A stretch of DNA of 64,000 bases from Selaginella moellendorffii (lineage: Eukaryota; Plantae; Lycopodiophyta): NCBI RefSeq assembly GCF_000143415.4, contig NW_003314273.1:437526-501525 (forward strand), in the 5' to 3' direction. This document shows, in pieces, positions 1-11,484 of this stretch. Position 1 is the first letter of the stretch. The number at the start of each line of letters is the position of its first letter. Below the pieces are notes generated by a model that was not told the origin of the DNA, ran no database searches, and was given only the letters and a program-made list of their open reading frames with translations. The position numbers and the translations under genes were made by a program.

Positions 1-421
1 CTTCCCTTCACCTCTGCAATTTCTTGCAGTTTGATAGATAGATCAGCATTGCAACATTTTACCAGCCTCCACACACAAGCACTCTTTTAGATACTCTTGT
101 ATAGGAAATTGATAAGTAGAAACACTTGTCTTCGTTTGGTTATTATAAATAAAAGTTCCTACTAAATACTGATTAAATTGAGAATTGTAATCCAAGTAGA
201 AATTTGATTATTAATTGATTATTTTTACTCTTTACATTTGGCCTTTGACATTTTGCTTTATTTAGTTATTATGTTGCAAGTTTATATTTTTATGGGTTCT
301 TAAAATCTATGAAATCAAGAATGCTAATATTTAAAGCAAATTTTTATGGGTAATAAAGTTTTATTAGTTTCACTATTTTATGTTTCTTGAGAAAATATTA
401 TAATTTAATATATATTTAGTT

Positions 422-446
422 ACACACACACACACACACACACACA
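422..446. repeat. (AC)n microsatellite (second copy at about 36546-36570)
   Basis: Direct dinucleotide run. Confidence 0.95.
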
Positions 447-1231
447 ATATAAAGGTATTCTTAAAGTATAACACCAGACTGGTATACAACTACTAAATTT
501 TTTACAATTGCATTAGCTGATAATAATATATATTTTATCTTAAAAATATTAAAATAATGATATTTTAAAATTCTCAATATACCAATTAATGTTAAAAACT
601 TTATAGAAATTGTTACAATAAAAGTAATAAAAATTATATATTTTAAATAAATAAAATGGGATTTAAAATTAGATTAAAGATATAGTTTTTTAATTCTTTA
701 ATAAATAATAGTATTTAAATAGGATATTTATGTGAAGCAAAAACTCCAACAACACTAACATGAGTGAGTACAAAGAAGCACTGCTGCCTAAAGATTAAAA
801 CTTATTATTTTCCATCACAACACTCACTTACTCAATTATTCTTTACTTTTCCTAAGGCTTTCTTTTGTATTTTCTCTCCCTCTCCCATCAATATTATTAT
901 TTTCCTTTGATCCTTTATGGCAATAAATAAAATATTAAACACATACCATTTACAAGATCTCTTCTAGTTATGAGGTGTATAAGGCAAAACTTTAAAGCTA
1001 TAGTTGAAGTATGAAGAACAAAGAAGCAATTAAAAACACAAGGGCTTTGATTTTCTTACTGTCCCAAACATTTCAATCAGCAATGTTAATCTAACTTTTC
1101 TTTGATCCCTTGTTGTGTAATGTTTGGTCCTAACACCTAGGTGAATTTGGTGAATTGGCTAAAAGAAAGTCATAGAGTTAAAAATCACATGCTTCTATTA
1201 TAGACTCTTGACAATCATGAGGAATCGAATG

Positions 1232-1385
1232 NNNNNNNNNNNNNNNNNNNNNNNNNNNNNNNNNNNNNNNNNNNNNNNNNNNNNNNNNNNNNNNNNNNNN
1301 NNNNNNNNNNNNNNNNNNNNNNNNNNNNNNNNNNNNNNNNNNNNNNNNNNNNNNNNNNNNNNNNNNNNNNNNNNNNNNNNNNNNN
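1232..1385. other. Assembly gap (154 N)
   Basis: Run of N. The flanks match 37341-37350 and 37505 onward in unit 2. Confidence 0.99.
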
Positions 1386-2079
1386 TTGGCAATATAAAGT
1401 CCTTGCAGGATATTAATTTGTTTCTTCTCAACAACAATATTTCTAGATGTGTCCAAAGTTCCAATCAAGAGGATTTCCTAATATTCTTAGTGTATTTTTT
1501 TGTATTAAAAGTCCAAGTAGAACTTAATATTCACCAAATTCCAAAATTTCACAATTAGCATAATTATGCCTAGTTAGCATCATCCTATTATATACATTGG
1601 GCATATATTGTAAAATATCATAAATGTGGCTTCAGGTATCAAAAAATACTTGTTAACCAGTACGTTTAGACATTCTCTCTTCTGCCATAAAGGTCGATAT
1701 AGTTGGACCACTTTATTATTGTCCCCTATTATGCTAGTGGAGTTAATTGGACATCTTAAGTGTACTTAAACTAAACAAGCATAAGGATTGAATTTTTTAT
1801 ATATTATTAGCTAAATGTGTTGTATGTTGCATTAGCTAATGATAAGAACCCTCATGTGTTGAGTCTAGTTCCTCAATAATGCTTTATGATAGCTTATTGT
1901 GTCCACCAAACAGCCTCACTATCATACCTCATGTATTGGTTCCATTCAGTCTTTTGTGCTATTTATAGTAAGTGGTTAAATCTGTCTAAAATGCATATCT
2001 ATGGAATTTAGAGAGTGTCATGAATCCCATGGTGTTGTTCCTACATCCCAATTCACAATTTAGTTCTATTCCATATCTA

Positions 2080-2400
2080 GTAAATTTTCAAATCCCATAA
2101 ACTAGTTCTTGAGATTGGGGTGAAAGCCTAAAAGCATGCATTTTTCTAGGGTGAGGGATGAGGGGTTGTGGGGGGTTCTAAATGTATAGTAAAGATAGTA
2201 TTTGGAAGCATTATTGACCATCTAAAATATTAATTTAGCTCATGCTAGGTTGTATTGCTTATGATTTTGTGTCTAGCTTGGGAATAATCTCAAGTTCTAT
2301 GTTGCTCTAATCAGTGGGGTATCCACCTTTTTGTTATAGGCCGCCAGTATGCCAGAATTGGGCTAAACACCATCTGATACTATTTTACATGCAAAAGTTG
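2080..2400 (+). mobile_element. Highly decayed LTR fragment, family B-like (copy at about 38200-38520)
   Basis: Contains degenerate GGGGTGAAAGCC and GGGGGTTCTAAATGTATAGTA motifs colinear with the solo LTR at 27080-28224. Confidence 0.6.
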
Positions 2401-2481
2401 GATATGGGGAGTTAGTGTTCGTAAAAGATATTAAGTGTGTACCAAATCTTCATTTTGTTGCACAAAGGGTTTGGAGTTTGA

Positions 2482-2835
2482 TATAAGCTATAAATATTTT
2501 TTTTCTAATTTGCCAACTTACCTTTTTTATTCGACCACTTTTGCTTTGGCATTAGTTAAGTTCCCTTGTCAAGGTCCCCAGTTATTATACCATCTTTTAG
2601 TTGGTCCTACTTGGATTTAGCTTCCTCACTACACAAGTAATGAAGTGTTAGCCATGCATCTACAGATTCGTAATATTTCTCTTAATCCCTCTCCTCAAGT
2701 GAGTTTGGACTTAAGATTTAATTACAATCCCTATAAGCACAACCAGCTAAACACACCAAGCCTCTAAGTTTTTTATATGCCTAGGTATAACAAAACTTAA
2801 TCACAAAACCTTCTAAATCCCAAGACTTGGGTGCA
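2482..2835 (-). mobile_element. Decayed LTR fragment, family C (copy at about 38601-38955)
   Basis: Reverse-complement similarity to the right part of solo LTR 22095-23149 (aatttgcca.cttacc, aagttcccttg.caagg, ctaaatcccaag.cttg). Confidence 0.75.
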
Positions 2836-2869
2836 TTTCTTGTTTCGAGTGTTGCAACACAAATTTATT

Positions 2870-5800
2870 GTTGCTTATCTTTACGTCACATGTTATAGCC
2901 AGAGAAACCACTCTTACTCCCACTTCTACCCTTGCTCCTATTTTTACTTCCACTTTTACTCCTACTCCCGATCTTACTACAATTGTTGCTCCCACTCTTA
3001 CTCTCACTCCTATTCTCTAGTTGTAGCTATGGGTGTTTTGAGAGATAGGGAGAGGAAATTTTGATTCTCAAAATATTCCAAATAGTAAAATTCCACAAAG
3101 GCTATATCAAAGGTCCTCCCTATTTCCTCTAGCAATTAAGTTTAATCCCTATTTCCTCTGGCAATTAAGTTTGGAATTACGGTTTTGTGAATTTGTATGT
3201 GAGGGATGTATCCGTGGTTAGGGCTGAAAGATGACCTAAAACTTGGTGAACTCAACATGAATAAGCTAGTTTAGTTTTCTTGAAAGAATGGAGAGTTTGT
3301 TTTAGGAAATTGAGAGAAATCTTGAGTTCTAGGGGTTAGATTCATATTCTTAGAGACCCTAGGACCATTAGGGGTTTCAACTTCCATGAATTTAGAGTGT
3401 AAGTTTAAAGATTTTTCTCGTTCTTACATTAATTTTCTACATTACCTCTTTCCACTTGGTTTTCTAGTGATTTCTCATGATTAATATATTGATTTTGGTT
3501 TTTCTTCCTTTGGGTCGATGCGACTTGACATCCTCTTTCCAACAAGCTAAAGAGCACCTTGTTTTGTGGAGGATTTAATTGCTAATTTAATGAAATTTTG
3601 TCCATCATGCTCCTCTGGTTTTCATGGCAAAATTTTCAACACTCTAAGCTTGTGATTTTGGGACTGATTCAAGAATTTTATTTTCTGGACATGTAAATAT
3701 AAAGACAAGCTTTTCGGAGAGTTCTTTCTTGGTAGCCAATTCGCTTTAAGCTATGACATGGAGTAGTTTTTCTCTCATGGCGCTTTATAGCTCAAAATTA
3801 CAAGTTTCTAGCTTAATCTTGAAGGAATTTGAAGTGTCATTCTCATGGAAATCATTACGGCCATGTTATTACCTTTTACCAATGTGAAAAATGAGTGTTT
3901 CTTGTACTAGGGAGTGCATTTTCTTTTGTTTTCCTTCTTATTGTCTAGAATTTAATGTTTGAATCAATTTTTTTTTGAGATTTTAGGCATTTTAACTCAT
4001 GGTTTTGGTTTCATTCTCTTGGTTTGAGTATAAACTTTTAAACAAGTCCATCCACACCCATTTTTGTGTGCAAAGTCAAGAGATTTCCATGCAAATGTTT
4101 TCCTCTTAGGCATTTTGAGTATTGGAGTTTAATTTTTTCTTTTTCCCCCCTTTTCTTTGCAATATTTTTTTCTTTTGTCGTGAGAAATTGGCATTTGCAA
4201 GAGTGAGAGTGATTTTATTTGGGAAAATCTACATGAGGATACTCTTTTATTTGGAGTTATCCCATTTAGATACTTTGCTCTCACACAAGTCAAAGTTCTT
4301 TGTGCGTTGTATTTTCCACAACCTGGCATCTACTACACAGTGGACATTTTATGCTAGTTCACACTTGTTCCAATTAGAGATGGCAACTAGCAAACTTCCA
4401 TACAGTGCCTAGGGTATGGGGACATTTTTCACACCTTTTATGAGAGCTCGATTATCAAATTACTCTTTTTGATGAGGAGGATTCATCATTCATTACAGAT
4501 ATCGAGTTAGGAAGTCCACCATCCATGGCTCTTCCTACATAAATCCACATTCTACAGCGAGGCACTGACTTGACATACTTATCTGGCAATGGCGACATCT
4601 TTGCCAATACACATGTCACTCATTTCGAGCAATATTGCATGTCGAATGGCATCATCAAGGATGATCACAAGCTTTGTGACTTCTTGCGATTGCTCACTAG
4701 CCGAGCAGAAATGTGGGTAGAGACTCTCTTGGAGGTAGATATGGCTGACAACTCCACATTCAAAGCATCTTTCTAAGGTCACTTTGATCAGCAATGACCA
4801 ACAAATCGCTTACTCATGGACTTGTTCGTTTTTTGGCAAGGAGCACGTGAATCTATACCGGAATATGTGATGTGGTTTAGGTTTTATTAGAAGGAGTGTG
4901 TCCTCATCACAAATGAACCTCATGGCATCACTACATTCATCTTTGGCCTCAAGGGCAATCTCAAATGCAAGATGCTTAAGTGAGAGTTTTGGATGTGTTA
5001 TGAGGCATTTGCTATAGTAGAGACTTTGGAGTGGGATCTTCTCCAAGATCTCAAGATTCCTAGGGTAGAGGAAGTTTTCCTCCCACCTTCAGATGAGAGC
5101 TCATGTGCTACCATGATCCATTCTTCTCCAGCCCCGCACAGTGATGATAGAGTTCCCTCAATGATCGAGAAGGCATTGTCGAAGCATGCAAGATACAAGG
5201 AGATTATCTAGCAGCAATGATAAATGCAAGAGAAGCTACTTGAGGAGCTTAAAGCATGCTACTTACAGTAGGCAGGGAGACTAAGATGCCCTCTTTGTTC
5301 TTGGTACTACTCGCATTGCGATGTTATGATACACAGCATAAAGAGATGTTGGAAGCTTCACTTAGAACTTCGACCACCTTTTGTCCAACATGTTTAACAG
5401 TAACTTCTACCAGACAACATATTTCTTCCATGGCTAGAGATAGATACCAGCAACAATTGGAGTAGAAAGCGATCGAAGACACCCTTTCGTTGAGCTGTGG
5501 AAACACTGATGCATGTCAACATAGTTTATGTTGTAGAGGACGGTTATAAGATGGCTGCTATGACTCAAGGGCGCAAGAAGGTTTCTCCTTTAGCCCCAAA
5601 TATTGATGGTGAGCAAGATCCAACTCTAGTTTCTAGAACTTCCCCATCTCTCATGGCATGTATGTTACCCCATGCTTCGGTATTTGCAATGCCACCCACA
5701 TCCTTGGCCACAACTTCAAATCCAACAATTGGATATTCATCCAACTTTCAATGTGGGGTCTCTCAGCTGCCCTCCACTCTTTCTCAAGTCCCATAAGAAG

Positions 5801-8524
5801 TTCTTGTTTAGATTGTTGACACTTCAATCTAGATCACACTTGGTGAGCTTTTGCAATATGTACCTGGTTTTACTCCTTAGCTAGAGGCTTTGCCAAGTCC
5901 ACAAGCATCCCCATGGAACATCAGTATAACATCCACATCATCAACACTCAGACCACTTATGATCCCAAAGCATTCTTTGTGGAGGTCCACATCAGCGATA
6001 GATCTTTGACAACACAAGCATTACTTGATTCTAGATCCTAGAGCAACATCATCTCCCTCAACTTGGCACTTTATAGTGGCTTGGAAGTGGTGAGAAACAC
6101 AACTATCATCCTCAAAATGTTTGCCAATCACTAAATTGTTTCTACAAGCATCTATTGGAATGTCAAGATCTTGGTGCAAGGAGTGGTTTTAATGCTAAAT
6201 TTCATTGTTGTGGACTTCCAACAGCTAGGATTTGGGAAGCTGAAGGACTCCATTATCTTAGGACGGACTTACATGACAACTTGGGCCAAGGGAGAATCAA
6301 CAATTACCAACAGCATCTATGGTAGCAACTCTTCTCAATACCCATGGTCATTCTCTACTTCCATATAGCTTGTCTCAAGTGGATGCTTCTTCCATTATTA
6401 AAGTTGACTAGGCTCTCAAGGTTTTTTTTCTGAAACTTATCGAGGATGACACGCTGTTGGAGATCCAAGTTGTTGACTACAATATGATTGACTTCTTCAA
6501 CATGGACTGGACTACATCAACACTTTTGAGTACACTTTTGACTTTCCAGCTTAGTGACTACACTCTTGGTGGCACTTCTCACCCCAAACTGCAGTCCAAC
6601 CTTGCTACTCACTTGGGATACAACCATGACATAAAGGTGGCAGGCGTTTTCTAGCAGCATCTCGACTTTTCCTTGGAGTTTCTCCCAACTTGGCACCTCA
6701 TCTTAGCTCTTCCCAAACTTAGGTTCATGGCTGGATCCCAACTTCATTCTGCTACAACACTCGAAGCATTCTTTGACACTATCGACACTTCACTCAACCA
6801 CCAGATCTTCATCAGCGACACATGATGACTTCCATAGGTCCTTGGGGACACTTTCTACCATCCTCAGGAGGCTCCCATCCTTCCAAGCAGTTCCAGCATC
6901 CTAGATTCTCTTACAATGACATTATTCACCACCTTAGGCATTTTTGATACAATCTAACACTTGAGGGTGACTAAGTTAGTTTCAGTGGCATTCTAGGCAT
7001 TTTATAGGATTCCTTGCATCCTCTTGATGCTTCCATCATCATCACCCATCACAGAAGCCACTTGCACTTATTTTTTTACTTTTTTGTTTTTTTTTTGTTT
7101 TTCTTTCTGCTCTCACTCTTTTTACATCTTTCAGGTCAAGGAATTATGTGGAGAAAGTCTCTTTTAATGAACACACTTTAGCTGTATTATTGATTGTATG
7201 AAAATTTCTCGACTCTTGTTGATTTGTGCTTCATTTCTTTAGTTTTCTTCCCTACATCAGTTCCATCCTCACATTTTCATCACCATTCTATATCATCTAT
7301 ACTCTAGAATTCTCTACCACACACTACACATACCTAATAATATCTTTCACATTTTCCACCATTCATTATCCATTCATACTAGACATTTATGGACAACACT
7401 TCATTATAAAAGCTCTTCCAGACAAGCAAAAACACAAATCAAGATATTCTCATGCACAACATGTAAGATATTCAATGAACTAGTCACATATTGCAACTTT
7501 CTTCTTTTTAAAACTAATTTCTTCTTCTAGTAGAATAGCTTGATTGCAAAGGGCATCCTTGAGTAGTAGTCCAGCAGTTTTTGGTGTGAGTAGTAGCTAT
7601 GACTTCACATTTCACTACATCAGATTAGAGCCCATCCTTGGACACACTCAATCATATCATCCATCTACCAAAATCCCCTATCATCACTTTCTTCCAATAT
7701 AGTTCATCTTCTATTTCATAGTTACCACCATTAGGCAATACAGTCCTTATGCTTTCTTCTTCATTCTCAGCCAAAGTTTTGAGCACAAACTACATGAGCT
7801 TGAGGTTGCATTTGCATATTCACTTTTCAGAGTGTTTGAACTTCTTTCCATTTGGTTTTTTTACTCTTTTCTTCTCATTTTTCCCTTTTTTCCTACTTTC
7901 TTGAATATCTAATTGAACTACATAGTTTCCCATTGGGTTTTCCTTGTATCTTTGCACTTTAAACTCTTTTCCCATCTTCTACTTTCATCTTTATTTTATT
8001 TTTTATTTCCATCTCTTGTTTTCTTTCCCATTTCTCTTTGTTTCAGCAATTACCCACTCTAGACACTACATTCTAGCATATGGGAGCATCTTAGCCATGG
8101 GTTCTTGCGCACCAAAATCTTGTGCACCCATCAATAGTTGTTTGTTGTAGCACTAGCTCATTGCCACCTTCTCCTCGCATCACATGTTGCAGCTAAAGAA
8201 GCAACTCTTACTCTTGCTCCTAACCCTACTCTTGCCCCACTCCTACTCTTACCTTTGCCCCTATTTTTATTCCTACTCCTACTACTGCTCTTGCTCCCAC
8301 TACTACTCCTACTCCTACTCCCCAGTTGTAGATATGGGTGTCTTGAGAGAGAGGGAGAGGATATTTTGATTCTTAAAATATTCTAAACGATTGTATAAAA
8401 ACCATGTGAAGGTGAAATATCAAGGGTCCTCCTCATTTTCTCTTGTTGTTGAGTTTGAAGTTGCAGCTTTGTGAGTTTATATGTGAGGGATGGATCCATA
8501 ATTGGGGCTAAAAGATGCCCTAAT
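2870..8524 (+). mobile_element. Old degenerate Ty3/gypsy-like element D; diverged direct repeats (about 2870-3240 and 8160-8524) flank a gag-protease relic
   Basis: Both repeats share TACTCC-type arrays and the block agttgtag.tatgggtgt.ttgagaga...ttttgattct. Boundaries are approximate and no TSD was found. Confidence 0.5.
4525..6368 (+). pseudogene. Degenerate retrotransposon gag + aspartic protease
   Basis: Gag-like LSGNGDIFANTHVTHFEQYCMSNGIIKDDHKLCDF...AEMW and protease-like QALLDSRS (decayed ALLDSG). Many stops and frameshifts. Confidence 0.7.
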
Positions 8525-8529
8525 AGATA

Positions 8530-9527
8530 CTCTTTCCACCTTTTGCCTTTGGGTGCCCTAGCCATGTGGCTAGAGTAAGGTTTTGATGAGCAATGCCAGG
8601 TATCCAAGTAGGTAGTGCCACCCACACTTAGATTAGGAGCATTGACTATTTAATCTCCTAGGGGAGTTAGAGTTAGATCTTGAATATTTCACCAAGTTAC
8701 CCCACTTGTCTGTCTATATTCACTTTAGTCTTGGACTCCTCAATAGTTATATCATCACCCACCACATGGGTATAACCTTCCTTAGCCACATTGGTTTTAC
8801 TAGCTAAACTAATTCCACTGAAGTCCTCCCCTTACTATCCTTTTAAAGCTCACTTGGGAAATAATTGCTTTGGGATTTCACTTCAGATTCAAACTCAAAC
8901 TTGGACTAGGTCTTGGACTCAGTCTTGGACTCGGTCTTGGACCCGGTCTTGGACTCGGTCTGGGTCTTGGCCTCTATCTTGGTCTCAGTCCCGGTCCCTA
9001 TCTCAAGCTCCATTTTGGGCTCCATCTTAGACTCCTTCTTAGACTCCATCTAGACTCGATCTTGGGTCCATCTCAAACTCTATCTCAGGCTCCATCTTGG
9101 GTCCATCTCGGGTCCATCTCGGACTCTTTCTCGGGCTCCATCTCGCATCCATCTCAAACTTCAATTCGGACTCTATCTTGGACTCTTCGGATTCCATCTC
9201 AGGTCCATCTCGGACTCAATTATGACACTTCCACGTGTCATATGTTGATCCTTTTGTTTCTCTTTTCTAGAGGCTTGTTTATTGATTGCTTTATGCTTTC
9301 AATGGGAGTTCCACTCTTGCTCTCAACTTTTTGAGTTAAAACTTTTAGTCTAAATGTGTTATGCTTGTCTAGCTTCCACTTCAACCACTACCACATGGCA
9401 CCCTCTTAGCTCCACTCTAGATAGCTATTGTTTGAGGATGCAAGAAGAGAAAAGATAGAAAGGTTTTAATTTCCCTTAAACTACTTAAATGGTCTAGAGT
9501 TTAGGGTTTAAGGATTTGTGTCTCATA
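8530..9527 (-). mobile_element. Old decayed LTR of family A (copy at about 43540-44530)
   Basis: Colinear with about 10180-11484 of the young A LTR, including a degenerate ctcggactccat array and the terminus ggatttgtgtctcata. Confidence 0.8.
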
Positions 9528-9546
9528 GAAGTGTAGGTGTTACTAC

Positions 9547-11484
9547 TGTAAGCGACTAATTTTTTCATTCTACTTTAGTCACTTAACCACACCTACAACC
9601 ACTTGGAGGAGTCTCACTCACAACCTCCATAAGTCCTATTTCAGACTTAGGCTTGCTAGCCTCGAGAATGGCATCCCCGCCACTCAACCTTTGCACTTGA
9701 TCCAAGTGCTCCACGTGTCCGATCCCATGACTGACACTCCAAGGTACCACCGACATATCAGCCCGTTACGCTAAGGCCATAACCCTTTACCTTGGTCACA
9801 CCGGTGGTCTAACACCACCTGCATCACAGTCCTATTTCTCAAGGACTGAGCCATCCGTCCATGAGTGATCATCCCAGATCCACTCCTTAGCATCCTTAGG
9901 ATGCCCACAGACATGGGGAATAGCCTTCCCCAATACCCCTTTTCCGGTCTTCACCAAATCCCGTTCTGCCCATGGCCGTGTTCGCCAACACTGCCACTGG
10001 ATCGAGGCTCACAGGCCCGACCACTAAGTCCCACGGTCCTCTGGGACTTCCTCACCACTCGGTTGTATCCTTAGTCACTACACCGGAGGACTACTCCTCT
10101 TCCTTTCCACAGTCTGGGCCTTTGGGACAACATTTCGGAACACCGTGGCCCTACGCGGGCCTCATGGGTACTCTCCCTGCCTTCCGCCTTTGGGTGCTCT
10201 AGCCATGGGCTTAGAGCGAGGTTCCGTTGAGCCACGCCTGGTATCCAAGTAGGTAGTGCCACCCACACTTGGACTGGAAGCATCGGCCAATCGATCTTCC
10301 GGGGGAACTAGAGCTGGCTCTTGAACGCTTCACCAAGCTACCTCGCTTGTCGGTCCGTATTCACTCTAGTCTTGGACTTCCCAGTGGTCAGTTCATCACC
10401 CAACACTGGGTCTGGCCTTCCTGGGCCAAACTGGCCTTTCCTGGCCAACCTGGCCTTTCCTGGCCAAATTGGCTCCACTGCAGTCCTCCCCCTTACTATA
10501 CTTTTGGAGCTCACCAAACCCCCTAGGGTCTGGGAGACGAACGCTTTGGGCTTTCACCCTCTCAGACTCAAACTCGGACTCGGACTCGGACTCGAACTCA
10601 GACTCGGACTCGGACTCAGACTTGGACTCGGACTCGGACTCGGGCTCGGTCTCGGCCTCCGCCTTGGTCTCGGTCTCGATCTTGGTCCCGGTCCCGGTCT
10701 CGACCTTGGACTCCATCTCGGATTCCATCTCGGGTCCATCTCGGACTCCATCTCGGACTCAGTCTTGGTCCATCTCAGACTCCATCTCGGACTCCGTCTC
10801 GGTCCGTCTCGGACTCCATCTCGGGCCATCTCGGACTCCATCTCGGACTCCATCTCGGACTCCACTTCGGACTCCGTCTTGGACTCCATCTCGGTCCATC
10901 TCGGACTCCACCTTGGACTCCACCTCGGACTCCATCTCGGACTCCGTCTTGGTCCATCTCGGACTCCATCTCGGACTCCACCTCAGACTCTACCTTGGAT
11001 TCCATCTCGGACTCCATCTCGGACTCCACCTCGGACTCCATCTCGGACTCCGTCTTGGTCCATCTCGGACTCTATCTCGGACTCCGTCTTGGTCCATCTC
11101 GGACTCCATCTCGGACTCCGTCTTGGTCCATCTCGGACTCCATCTTGGTCCATCTCAGACTCCATCTCGGACTCCAACTCTGGTCCATCTCGGATTCCAT
11201 CTCGGACTCCAACTTGGGTCCATCTCGGACTCCATCTCGGACTCTGTCTCGGTCCATCTCAGACACTTCCACGTGCCATGTGTTGGTCCTTTTGGGTCCC
11301 TTTTTGAAGCCTCACTTTGTGCTTGTTCCTCGAGCACTTTGTTGGGAGTGCCACTCTTGCTCTCGACCTTTCAAGTCGGAGCTTTTAGTCCAAACGTGTT
11401 ACACTCGTTTGGCTTTCACTTCGGCCACTACCACATGGCGCTCTTCCGGCTCCACTTTGGGGCCTATGGATTTTGTGTCTCACA
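9547..11484 (-). repeat. 3' LTR of element A
   Basis: tgtaagcgac...gtctcaca, near-identical to 15512-17314. The adjacent actccaccaccc (11485-11496) is a purine-rich PPT on the minus strand. Confidence 0.95.
10562..11265. repeat. 6/12-bp tandem array (ctcggactccat / ctcgga) inside LTR A; counterpart at about 16510-17095
   Basis: Directly visible periodicity. It generates spurious SDSI/RTPS/LGLH ORFs. Confidence 0.95.

Noticed and set aside
10543-10570. Hammerhead ribozyme (retrozyme) suggested by minus-strand CTGAGAG...GAAA
   Set aside because: It does not match the CUGANGA core, the required stems are not evident and the CTGA is not conserved in the other LTR.
10562-11265. CRISPR-like array
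   Set aside because: Contiguous short tandem repeats with no unique spacers and no cas genes, in a eukaryotic context.
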